Source: Paraspadella gotoi (Eukaryota > Animalia > Chaetognatha). From it: a stretch of 64,000 bases of DNA. Where the stretch lies: assembly GCA_051294375.1 (NCBI GenBank), contig CM119263.1, positions 21,140,268 through 21,204,267 on the forward strand, read 5' to 3'. Within the stretch, counting starts at the first letter, position 1; the number at the start of each line of letters is the position of its first letter. This document shows positions 1-10,397 of this stretch, piece after piece. Below the pieces are notes generated by a model, which was given only the letters and a program-made list of their open reading frames with translations, ran no database searches and had not been told where the DNA came from. The translations under genes were made by a program, and so were the position numbers.

Positions 1-16
1 CCCCCAACCCTAACAG

Positions 17-118
17 ACTCTGCTTGCCGCGACAGCGACGATGCTCCAGCGAACGCGAAGACTCGGTGGAGTCGAACACATCGTCTCGCTCCTTCAACAC
101 CACCCTGTCTTCATCTAG
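17..118 (+). CDS. Probable internal coding exon of the DGK (rdgA-like) gene, N-terminal region: LCLPRQRRCSSEREDSVESNTSSRSFNTTLSSS
   Basis: Acceptor taacAG (15-16) and strong donor GTGAGT (119). Open frame; the phase-2 end (AG) joins the G at 928 to give Arg, in frame with the next exon. Confidence 0.6.
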   Translation, partial: TLLAATATMLQRTRRLGGVEHIVSLLQHHPVFI

Positions 119-754
119 GTGAGTATCAATCTATAAATACTACTCTGTATAATTCAGTTAAGTTTCATAGCGCGTGTCGTTCCGACTGATGAAGTCAGAT
201 CAGATCCTTTGGCCTTAACAACCGTTTCCGCTGTCGCCAGTGTCTTTTTTTAAGCGCCATTGAAATTTATCTCGTCTGCAGTCTTTGCTCATTTGTGTTG
301 ATCCGGTCGTACATTATGTATCGCTGTATCATAAATAACTCACGCCGCAGACTCGTTTCTAATGGTAACGAGCTCAGTGCTCAGTGTTAAAAATCGGAAA
401 AAAAAACCAAAAATTATGGAGTGCCTATTTTTTTCTCAAAGATAAATTAGCTTCCCCAAGTCACAAGCAAAAGCTAATCCTTAGCCATTCCCTGAGGCCA
501 ACGTCCTGAAAGCCGCCTTTTAAATATTTATTAAGCTTTATTATATTTAAATCTTAAGCGAAATAAAAGCAAACTTGATAACGATCACGATGAAAGTTAA
601 ACTTACTTACGAAATAACGGTGAGTGATATTTATTATTTACTTTACTCTCTCTTTTTGTCAAAGTCGTTTTTGCTGTCGTTCTTTGTCGTTGTTGTTCTT
701 CTTTTTCCTCGTTCCGCCCACGCGATTCGTCGCGTGATGAGCCTATATTAGGCA

Positions 755-812
<58 letters not shown>

Positions 813-927
813 ACGATGAGCACGAGAGAGAGATCTAGACCTCCATCGTCAAGGGGTGAAAACAATTGGTGCCACTAACTTCGTCACTAAACGATGGTTC
901 TAACGATGGAATTTTCTTGTCCCACAG

Positions 928-997
928 GATGTCGTCAATGACGCAAACCAGCTGCGACTCCACGGGCGGCGGCATTGTTGACAGCATGATGCTTCAG
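928..997 (+). CDS. DGK (rdgA-like) exon: MSSMTQTSCDSTGGGIVDSMMLQ
   Basis: Acceptor ttcttgtcccacAG, donor CAG|GTTAGG. Phase 2 in, phase 0 out; joins 7254 to give LQVPQ..RSGSFDSS, resembling the recalled LxVP..RSxSFD motif of invertebrate eye-specific DGK N-termini. Confidence 0.65.
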
Positions 998-1594
998 GTT
1001 AGGCTCGGCGACAACATTTTAACTTACTTTTTCTTGCCATCTAGAATTTTCTAAATTTTTTATATCGCTATTTTTTTTTTTAGTTTTTAAAAAAGAAAGA
1101 AAAACATACATATATATTTGAAAGTTCCCCAGCCTCATCAAACTCCATACAAAGTTCTCACTCGGTCCGGTTTCCCATTATTTGTTGACTTCAACTCATT
1201 TTGAAATCCTGTACTAGCAAAAAACGTTTTTGGTTAATGAGCGTCACAGTCAATAAGTAGTGATGCAAAAAAATTGTTTAAAAATGAACGAATTTCATCA
1301 AATCAAGTGTTCTTACATGCTTTAATATAAAAGTTTTACACTATTAACTGCTAGAGAACTTAGCTGGCTGATTTTCCTAAGCTTGTCATATTAGATTAAA
1401 GGAATATCTCATGATTATGGGGCGTGGTCTTAACCTGAAGTAAGGTTTTACGTCAAATTGTGTTCAAATTTTGACAAGATTTATTTTAAATACAACAATA
1501 ACAAAATTTTTAGTGCTTTTTAGAAATAAGATGGGAGTGAATAAACGAGACTGTGAGAGAGTCTTGATTGAAAGCTTGCAGGGACCTGCTATGT

Positions 1595-1712
1595 CATTAT
1601 CTTGTAAGAGTGATGGAGGCCTTAAACCACCAAAGCCTGTCCAAAGTCAGGGGCAAGATAGCTTATTTATTAAATGAATGGATAATTTTTATATTGGTTG
1701 TACCAATTTCAT
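1595..1712 (+). repeat. Dispersed repeat fragment (other copies ~3155-3230, ~41980-42095, ~50705-50830)
   Basis: Near-identical tcattatcttgtaagagtgatggaggccttaaaccaccaaagcctgtccaaagtcaggggcaagatagc in the copies. Confidence 0.7.
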
Positions 1713-2091
1713 GGCATGTATTGGGATGATATTGAACTGGAAGAAGAGTGTTACAAAATGTGTTCCCAAAATCTAATGAATTCTTCATAATAGATAACGC
1801 GATTAGTCATCCTGTCTATGTCTTAACCACTATTGATTTCCAAGCTTATTTTCGGTGAGTTAGTGATATTGGTGAGGGTTTTTGTAGATTAAATGGGATC
1901 ATCATGGCCTTTCAAAGCCGTTATTAAATTTGTAACATTCATTTGTAATGGTTTTATGCACATTTTTTGAATAAAGTGAAATTATTTATTTTGCTGACAG
2001 ACAACGAATTTGTTTTTACTTTGAAGAAGAAAAATGTACATATTTAGACTAATATTTTCGCCTTCATAAGCGCTAAATAATAAGTTGTGAA

Positions 2092-2150
<59 letters not shown>

Positions 2151-3424
2151 TTTTTCCAACAAAAAATGAAATACATTGAAATACATTTAAGCAATGTTGA
2201 ACATTTTTAAATTAATTATTTTCGTTAGAATTGGCAGTTAAACAAGTTTAACACTTATATGTTGCTATTTTCAAATACGAAGTTAGAATAATATTAAAAT
2301 ATATTTATAAGCGATGGCTGCCTCCATTGCCTTGACAGTGAGAAAAACCGCCTCATGGCTAGGCTTTCGCGTTGTGGTACAAATCAACGTTCCTACAAAA
2401 ACTTTTTTCATTTCGTGTTTGCACCTTAGAGGAAGACTGAAGTCTTGAAAGTACTGTACTATTTCTCCTACATTAAAACAAAAAGAGAGAAATAACACAA
2501 TGTTTTCAGCTCAACTAAATATATTGAGAGAGAATGTAGAAACTTTTTTATTCGCCGCAGTGTATAACGGCGTCGGATGGGAGGGCACTCAATTATTTAA
2601 TGAGTAATTAATTTATAATGATTTTCTTTTTTTAAAAGATTCAGTTTTTTACTGAAGATGAAATTGGATGACCATTAAAGAAAAGTTGTTTTACATAAGT
2701 AAATATCAAATTAATCATATGAAATTAAACTATAATAAACATCCAGTACTTTGTTACAGAATGAGGAAAAACAATTTTAAAAATATTTATCCAATGAGAA
2801 ATGGTACGCATTTTTTTGGTGTCACTCGCGAACGGACACGGGGTACTATGTCTAAAATCAAACTTAAAATTATTTTTGGTATGACGTAATTTTTTACTTT
2901 TTTTCTATTTATTATTGTATTTTTGGAAGGAGATCAGTGTTGACTATTAGTAATAGAGGGAGCATCTATAAAGCTCAAGTGTTTTCAAGTGATTTCAAGT
3001 GTTGAGCTTCACTGAAAAATATTTTAAAAGGCTACAAAGTAGTAATTGAAGTAAAAATAAAATATTGTTTTATTACATTGTATTAATATTTTTTTAAATT
3101 TTGCATAAAATTAATTGTCTAATGTTAAATCGATCCAACCCAATGTATATGATATGTCCAAAGTCAGCGGCAAGAAAGCTTATTTATTAAATGAATGGAT
3201 AATTTTTATATTGGTTATACCAATTTCATGATATAATAAATATTTTTTTTGAATTTTGAATTGATGCTCAGTCAGATAAAGACCGGTCAAATACAATTCA
3301 GAGGAAAAAACGGTTGAGAAAGAGGGAAAAATTAATTGCAAGGTATAACATTTAACATTTAACACTATTCGGTTTATTAGCAAAAACATTTTTTGGTCAA
3401 ACAGGCTGTTAAAATGAATTTTCA

Positions 3425-3960
3425 TTTAATATAAAAATAAAAAAAACCATAATTAAATAGTGAAATAGATTGTTTGTTTTTTCTATTTAAACTCATTTCC
3501 ACTCAGACGATTCTATCTAAACTTGATTTCCAACTTAAATACACCTTTTCCTACCCACATACAAAATTTCAAATCAATCGCCCTGTCTACTAATGAAAAA
3601 TTGACGTTCAAATAGTGAAATAGATTTTCTTTGTTTTTTCCAATTAAACTCATTTCCACTCGCACGATTCCATCGAAACTTCATATCCTACTCAATCACA
3701 CACTTGCCAACTCACACACAAAATTTCATTCTAATCCATCCATCCAATTAGGAGCAATTGGAGTTTTTTGCTAAGGTGGGACAGACGGACAGATGGACGG
3801 ACGGACGGACGGACATCGTTTTTTTTTGCATAATTTATCATAATTCGATATTCTGAAATGATATAAGTGAATGCCCGACAATATTGAGGGGGTGGACCGA
3901 CGGACCGACAAAGTGAATTATAGAGTCGGGATCTGCTGATAAGCAGATCCGTCTAAAAAT
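3425..3960 (-). mobile_element. Helentron-associated non-autonomous element (HINE/DINE-1-like), partial
   Basis: Internal ~115 bp duplicated core, (GGAC)n microsatellite, terminal hairpin ggatctgct-gata-agcagatcc followed by an A run; homologous to 35661-36552 and 30958-31265. Confidence 0.65.
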
Positions 3961-4014
3961 CTTGAAAGTATCAAAGAAAATTAATGAAAAAATTCGCGAA
4001 AAAAACGAATGTTT

Positions 4015-4402
4015 GATGCGATAACGAATTATTGATGTAATATTAATTGATATATGTAATAGTAATTGTTTGATGTAATACTAATTTATTGACGTAATAG
4101 TAATTGATTATTGATGCGATGATAACCAAATATTGATGCGATGCTAACCAAATACTGATGCGATGATAACCAAATGATTGATGCGATGATAGTCATTCAT
4201 TGATGTGATGATAATCATTCATTGATACGATCAATCATTCATCGTAAATAAAACAAACAAATGCGTGTAAGAGTGAAAGAGAGAGAGAAAGAGAGATAGA
4301 AAGAAAGAGAAAAAGCGTGACGCCGACGCAGATACAGACGCAGACAACGTCACAAAGAAATTAAAGAGATCCAAAATCGAGATAACAAACAAACGCGTGT
4401 AT

Positions 4403-4430
<28 letters not shown>
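4015..4430 (+). repeat. ~22 bp degenerate minisatellite (ttgatgcgatgataaccaaata) within a dispersed element; inverted copy at ~55765-56040
   Basis: Tandem units visible; reverse-complement match including ataaaacaaacaaatgcgtgta. Confidence 0.65.
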
Positions 4431-4440
<10 letters not shown>

Positions 4441-5099
4441 GAGTGTAAAGACGTTTTAGTCTTCACGCTTTGCGGCCCAAGGCGTTCGACATGTTGCCCG
4501 TCGAGAAAGGGGTTCTGACAAGAGTCTCGGCGAGTTCGCTGACTGAATTCTACAAATTCAATGAGACGAGTTTCAAGGCTGTCTAAACGTATATTGGTCG
4601 TGACAATAATCGTGGCAAAAATCGTGGCAAAAACAGTAGCGAAGTCGCGAAAACGCGTAAAAACAATGTTTTCCGACGCGCAACGTGAATATCATAAAGG
4701 CTCACAAACGACAGAAATTCTGTTCACAAAAAAATATGAAAATAAGCGTAAGAAATGACTATTGTCGAAAACTGGCCCAGAATGACCAAAAAAGGACACG
4801 AGGTGATTTTTTCTTCAGAGAGAGAAAAACAGACAGACAGACAGAGACAGACAGTGAACGAACACTTGTGGGTTCGTGCGACTTCGAAATCGGGAATCTA
4901 ATTTGACGCCGTCGATCAAATAACTTTGTTTCCAAACATAAAACGTATTCTTACTAAAACTCGTAAAATAAATCCACGAAATCTCGGATGTAAATTTGGG
5001 ATTTTGTATTGAGAAAAAAGGGCGGAATAAATAGCGATAATAATAGTTTTTAGAAGAAAAAAAATTATCAGAGAGAGAGAGCGTAGTGAAAGTTAAATA

Positions 5100-5905
5100 C
5101 GAAAATTCTAAATGTCAATTATGTTTATGAACAACATTATGACATTAACAAAATTATGACATGAACAAAATTATGACATTAATTTGTAAAAAAAATTAAT
5201 TTTATGTTCTTCAATTTTTGCAGTAGGCTATATTTACATATAGTACTATCCTTATAAAATTGAAAAAATTCAAAATAGGCTTTTCTTAATTTTGATTTCT
5301 CGTCAAAAGTTGATAAAAAAATATAAATCATTTTTAAATATTCTTTCATCAAGTGGGTTAAAAATTAAATAAACTATATTTAATATATAAAATTTTAATT
5401 TTCAGCTTAAAATATTTTTTTTTTATATTTGATCAACTTAATAAAATAATTTTTAAAAAAGAGTTATGGTGGACTAAAATCCACCAACCGTTCATCAGCG
5501 GCCATTGGTGCCGGAGGCAAGTCATTCGCCTTCCAACCTAAAGGTCTGGGGTTCTAGCCCGGTGGCAGCCGAGCAGTTAAGAGGGATGGGGCGCTTAACC
5601 TGCCTGTAACACGGTGTTACAGCCTGATCCGAAGCTCAAAGACTGCTTATATTGAACGGTTCTGTCACTAACATATAATAATTATCACTGTCTCTTCAGA
5701 GTTATATTTCTTTATATCAACTTTTCATGACGAATCCAAATCTGCAAAAAAATCTTACAAAAAATAATTTTGAAATTTTAACATTTATTGGATTAGTACT
5801 AGTATAAATATTGCCTACTGCGTAAATTGTAAAATTTATTATAACATTTTTTTATACATAAATGTTCATTAGTATAATGTTATTCATTCCTCACTTTTAG
5901 AATTT
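5100..5905. mobile_element. Degenerate MITE-like element with ~230 bp imperfect terminal inverted repeats, interrupted by a SINE
   Basis: 5100-5330 matches the reverse complement of ~5700-5905 (aaaattctaaa..., gcagtaggc.atattta..tagtacta.., aaaagttgata.aaa.aaatataa); a further arm copy lies at ~30805-30958. Confidence 0.5.
5467..5698 (+). mobile_element. tRNA-derived SINE (tRNA-Gly-like head)
   Basis: gcggccattggtgccggaggcaagtcattcgccttccaacc...ggttctagccc resembles tRNA-Gly with A/B boxes; four copies in the window. Confidence 0.75.
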
Positions 5906-6329
5906 TAATTAAAGTTAAATTGATAATTTTTACTACGCCTTACTGGGCAGCTGCTGGACCGCCGCTGCAGAGCTGAACTTGTTTTTAGACGAATCTGAAT
6001 AGAGTTGAACTCCTTTCCTTTCTACAAATAAATATTAAAAAATAAATATTTGGGTATAGTGCCATATAAAAAAAATTATACCTTGAAAGTATACTTAAAA
6101 ATATATAAATTTTCATTTGAGCATGTTCTCATTCTAACCCAAAGGACTCGGTTTCGCGACATGCTAATTCACACAAAAAAAGTTTCAAAAGTTTAAAAAA
6201 TGTAAAAGAGACGGAGAGAGAGAGAGAGAAAGAGAGAGAAGCTGGACGGACGCTGCAGAGCCGGAACTCGTTTTTAGACAAATCAGAGGCAGTGACGGAG
6301 AAAAAGACACAGAGAGAGAGCGACATATA

Positions 6330-6369
<40 letters not shown>

Positions 6370-7253
6370 AACATATAATTAAAACGTTTTTGTTTTGTAA
6401 ATAAAACATAAACAAATACGAATATTGATATGAAACATGACAATTTCAAAGATCTTGATGATTAGAAGCCATATCTAAATTTTCAACTCCCGAAACAAAA
6501 TCTAGCCAAGACGGGCTTGGAAAAATAAATTCAGTCTGAACAGATATATTAGGTTCTCTCTCTCTCTTTCTCTCTCTCACTCTCTCTTTCTCTCTCTCTC
6601 TCTCTCTTTCTCTCTCACTCTCTCTCTTTCTCTCTCTCTCTTTCTCTCTCTCTCTCTGACGCTTTTGGAGGCAAAACCCCTCGTTTACCTCGCGTCTCTG
6701 TCTCGTATGTTTTCATCATTGAGTGAAAGGTGGAAGAGATTGCAAAATCCTTTCTTCATTCCCTCGATGTTTTTCTTGGTTCAACCTCCTTCTTCTCCCC
6801 CCCCCTTACCCCCCCTCTCATTCGCTGTCTCTTACTTTCTTCGGTTTTATACGTTCATATCCCGTGTCTCTTCGCATTATTTTATCTCCTCTACTCCTCT
6901 TTTCTTTTCTTCTCAATATTTTTCTGTCTACTTTTCTTTTTTCTTTTCTTTTCTTTCTCTTTGCTATTTATCTTCTTCTTGCTTCTTTTTTCCTCCGTCC
7001 CTTCCTATTTTCTTTATATTTTCTGTTTTTCTATCCGTTTTCATGTTTTTTTCTCTTTTCTCTTCCTCCTTTTCTTTCTCCATTTTTTTCCTCTTTCTTT
7101 TCCTGTCCTTCCTGATTCATATTGATGTATTTCCGCTCTTATTATTTCTTCATTTCGAAACTAAACCCATCGTCTCAATTTTAATCCCTTTTTTTCTTCT
7201 CTCCCTCCATCTCTCCGTTATTAGTTTAATTCCCCTCCCAAAAAATATTCCAG

Positions 7254-7482
7254 GTGCCCCAATCCCCTCGCCAATGGCGCTCTGGATCATTCGACTCCTC
7301 CATGGGGTCTTACAGCACCTCCGAGGAGAACGTGAACGAGGCTTGCGCCACCCCGGGTATTGGCCCCGTCTGGGGTCCGCCGCTTCCGGGTGGCGTGAGC
7401 GGGATGGCGGGGGGCGCGATGCGAGCGGCCGGCGCGGCATCCGCCAACGCCGGCCACCACACCACGTACGGGCGCTTCATGG
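7254..7482 (+). CDS. rdgA: DGK (rdgA-like) exon: VPQSPRQWRSGSFDSSMGSYSTSEENVNEACATPG...TTYGRFM
   Basis: GC-rich island after a long pyrimidine tract; ccAG acceptor, G|GTGAGT donor. Phase-1 end matches the exon at 13256. Confidence 0.75.
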
Positions 7483-8024
7483 GTGAGTTCGTTGGGGGCT
7501 GGTAAGGGTTGATGTTGCTGCCTGTCGTCTCAATATATTATTTATTATAAAATGGATGGAACGAGTCTTTAAATTGTGATCCTTTTTTTATGTTGCCTTG
7601 TCAGCCGATTATTCTTCGTCATTGGCATTGAGGCTAAACCATTGTCTCTTCTGTGATACTTTCATACTTGTACAGGGTTCCTAATGGCAATGGGATTACC
7701 TTTGATGTCTTCATTAAATTGACATCCAACGACACATTCATCGGAATCGCATTAATTGACAGCCGTCGGATCAGTCTCGTCACACGATTTCTCTTTTGAC
7801 ACTTCAGAAAATAGTAAAAGTTTCTGTCAGATCAAACGATTGTTTTTTTTTCACATTTCACATTCGAGCGGCAAATAATGAAGAGGCGCTTCGACGCTAT
7901 TATATCGTGATATCTTTTTCACTTTTTTTTTTCAAGTCACCGCTTTAAAGTCGCTTTCACTAAGCAGAATTTAATCCCCTCATTTACTCCTTCATGCGAG
8001 AAAGAGCGAGGAAAAGAAAGAGAA

Positions 8025-8083
<59 letters not shown>

Positions 8084-8763
8084 CATCAATGAGAATTTTT
8101 AAATGAAGAAATATCATATAACATTTTTTTTCATGAGACTTTCCTCGCGGTTTCTGAGTAAAAGAAGCATAGGACAAGCTTCGATCGGCAGTTACACTAG
8201 AGAAACTGCAACTTGATTTGTTACCGTTAGCTATGGATTTACTATCACATAGTATTTAAAAAAAAAATTTAAAAAAAAATCGCCTGAAAACGAAACGAAA
8301 TAACCTTTGTTGTATTGAGACGAGTTCAACGATCGGCAAAGACGGATTAACCCTGAGAGAGGGGCCATGACAAAAAGGACGACGATGATGACAACGACGA
8401 CGATGACGACGGGGTCATTCTCCTCATTAGATATTTTTGTTTAAACTGGTCAAAGCGAACCCTCGAGTTTCAAGGGACAGATAAATCTTGGATCGATAAT
8501 ATTAGACGAGATAGTATAATTTTTTGAACAGTCACGATTACTGAAAGACCATAAGGGAACCAGAGTAAGCAGCTAGGAGAGGCGTCATAAATAAATAAAG
8601 TACAAACAAGTGTGGCGTAGAGGATGACGATGACGACGACGACGAAAACGACAAGGAAGAAGAAAAGAGGAAAAGAGCCGAACTTCAAAAAGGTTCTCGG
8701 ATGAGTCTCTTCTCGGGAGGGACGTCTTCCTCGTTATTGACACTGGCCGAGAAAAATGATTGA

Positions 8764-8833
<70 letters not shown>

Positions 8834-9199
8834 ATCAGGGAAGGCGCAGATAACGAGAGAATTATGGATAATTAATTGTAAGTGTAAGTCGCTGAAGAAA
8901 TGAATGAGTTTGTTAGTTAAGTGAATAAATTTAAATTTTTAAAAAGTTATGGATGATTTTTAAAGGCTTAAATGTAAAGTGGCGCCTTTTTTTGGACATG
9001 ACTGTAAAAGAAAGAGGAAAGAATATCTAAATAGATGTTGAGTCAGAGAGAAAGACCCTGTCAAACATGCATCTGCCCTGTCTATGATTGAGAAATAAAG
9101 ACCGAGACAATAATTTTTGTTGCTTGGGATCTGAATGTGAGAAGCGTTGGCCTCAGAATTTTTATTGACCAGTGGCATTAGGACAGTCAAAAAGTGAGC

Positions 9200-9385
9200 T
9201 AGATAGAAAGGCCGGGCACAAGAATGGGAGTTAACATGCCTTTGGCGTTATGGCCTAAATTCAGTGAGGGAGACTAAAAGACAAGGCACAAGAATGTTAG
9301 TTACCATGCCTTTGTCGTTATGGCCTAGAGGCAGTGAGTGAGACTAAAAGGCCGGGCCAAGGATGTCTAATGCCCATGGCGTCGG
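9200..9385. repeat. 70 bp tandem repeat, ~2.5 copies
   Basis: Period exactly 70: gccgggcaca at 9211, acaaggcaca at 9281, gccgggccaa at 9351. Confidence 0.8.
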
Positions 9386-9551
9386 GACGGTATGGGCAAC
9401 ATCGGTTAACCGTTAAAAATCGACTTTTTTAACCGTTAACGGTTAAAATCGATTAATTTAGTGGCTTAGCTTATTTGATAATATAAATGAAAAAAAATAA
9501 GGAAAACAATTAAAACTTTGTATTCGAATCTTATTTAAATATATAGGATAC

Positions 9552-9806
9552 TGTGGCGGTATATTCACACCGCCTCACGTCCACCATCCGTCAGCCAAAT
9601 CCATTGGCTCAGAGGGGGAACACACCATCCCAGGCGTAGTGTTCCATCCACAGTCCTAACGACTTCCCTCTGCGTTGGCAAAGCGAGACCGTCCTAGGGT
9701 AACCGCGCCAGTGACTGGAGGCGTCACTGAGGGTCGGAAGCCCCCAAAGCCAACAGTGAGATGCCCCATCCCAATGGGCATCACAGGCAACCCGGCTGTT
9801 GCCATA
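9552..9806. mobile_element. 255 bp hairpin-rich solo-LTR-like element, TGTGGC...GCCATA ends, 4 bp TSD ATAC
   Basis: ATAC at 9548-9551 and 9807-9810; imperfect 6 bp terminal inverted repeat; second copy at 10143. Confidence 0.8.
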
Positions 9807-10142
9807 ATACACTAATAAAGCAAAGGAAGACACTGAATTATAATAGAAATCTCAATGATAGCGATTATAAGATTCTATCTTTTTTTTAATTTAATAGCTA
9901 TCTTTAAAAATCTTTAAAAAAACAGTTAAATTTTTGAGTTAAGAGATAAAATTTCCTTTTGCACTTCTCTGCTTAGACTGCAGAATATAGAATTTTCAAA
10001 TAATAATAATAATAATTATAATTATAATAATAATAATAATTTTCACCTGTTGCGTAAAAAAACCTATTTTTTTTAAACTTTCATAAAGCTTTATGCCGAT
10101 TTGTTTTTACTCATCTCAGCCCACAAAAATTTAAGGATACGG

Positions 10143-10397
10143 TGTGGCGGTATATTCACACCGCCTCACATCCACCATTCTTCAGCCAAATCCATTGGCT
10201 CAGCGGGGGAACACACCATCCCAAGCGTAGTGTTCCATCCACAGTCCTAACGACTTCCCTCTGCGTTGGAAAAGCGAGACCGTCCTAGGGTAACCGCGCC
10301 AGTGACTGGAGGCGTCACTGAGGATCGGAAGCCCCCAAAGCCAGCAGTGAGATGCCCCATCCCAATGGGCATCACAGGCAACCCGGCTGTTGCCATA
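10143..10397. mobile_element. Second insertion of the 255 bp element, 4 bp TSD ACGG
   Basis: ACGG at 10139-10142 and 10398-10401; 8 substitutions and no indels relative to copy 1. Confidence 0.8.

Noticed and set aside
184-205. gaCTGATGAagtcag, a possible hammerhead start
   Set aside because: No GAAA or stem III follows.
4015-4245. CRISPR-like array
   Set aside because: Head-to-tail degenerate units with no unique spacers, in a spliced eukaryotic context with no cas genes.
6665-7253. Overlapping hydrophobic 130-273 aa ORFs resembling membrane proteins
   Set aside because: Polypyrimidine intron sequence lacking stops in all three frames; only 7254-7482 is exon-like.
9552-10397. TRIM or retrozyme with two LTRs flanking a ~340 bp interior
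   Set aside because: Each repeat has its own distinct TSD, the interior has no PBS/PPT, and I found no hammerhead, HDV-like or twister core by eye.
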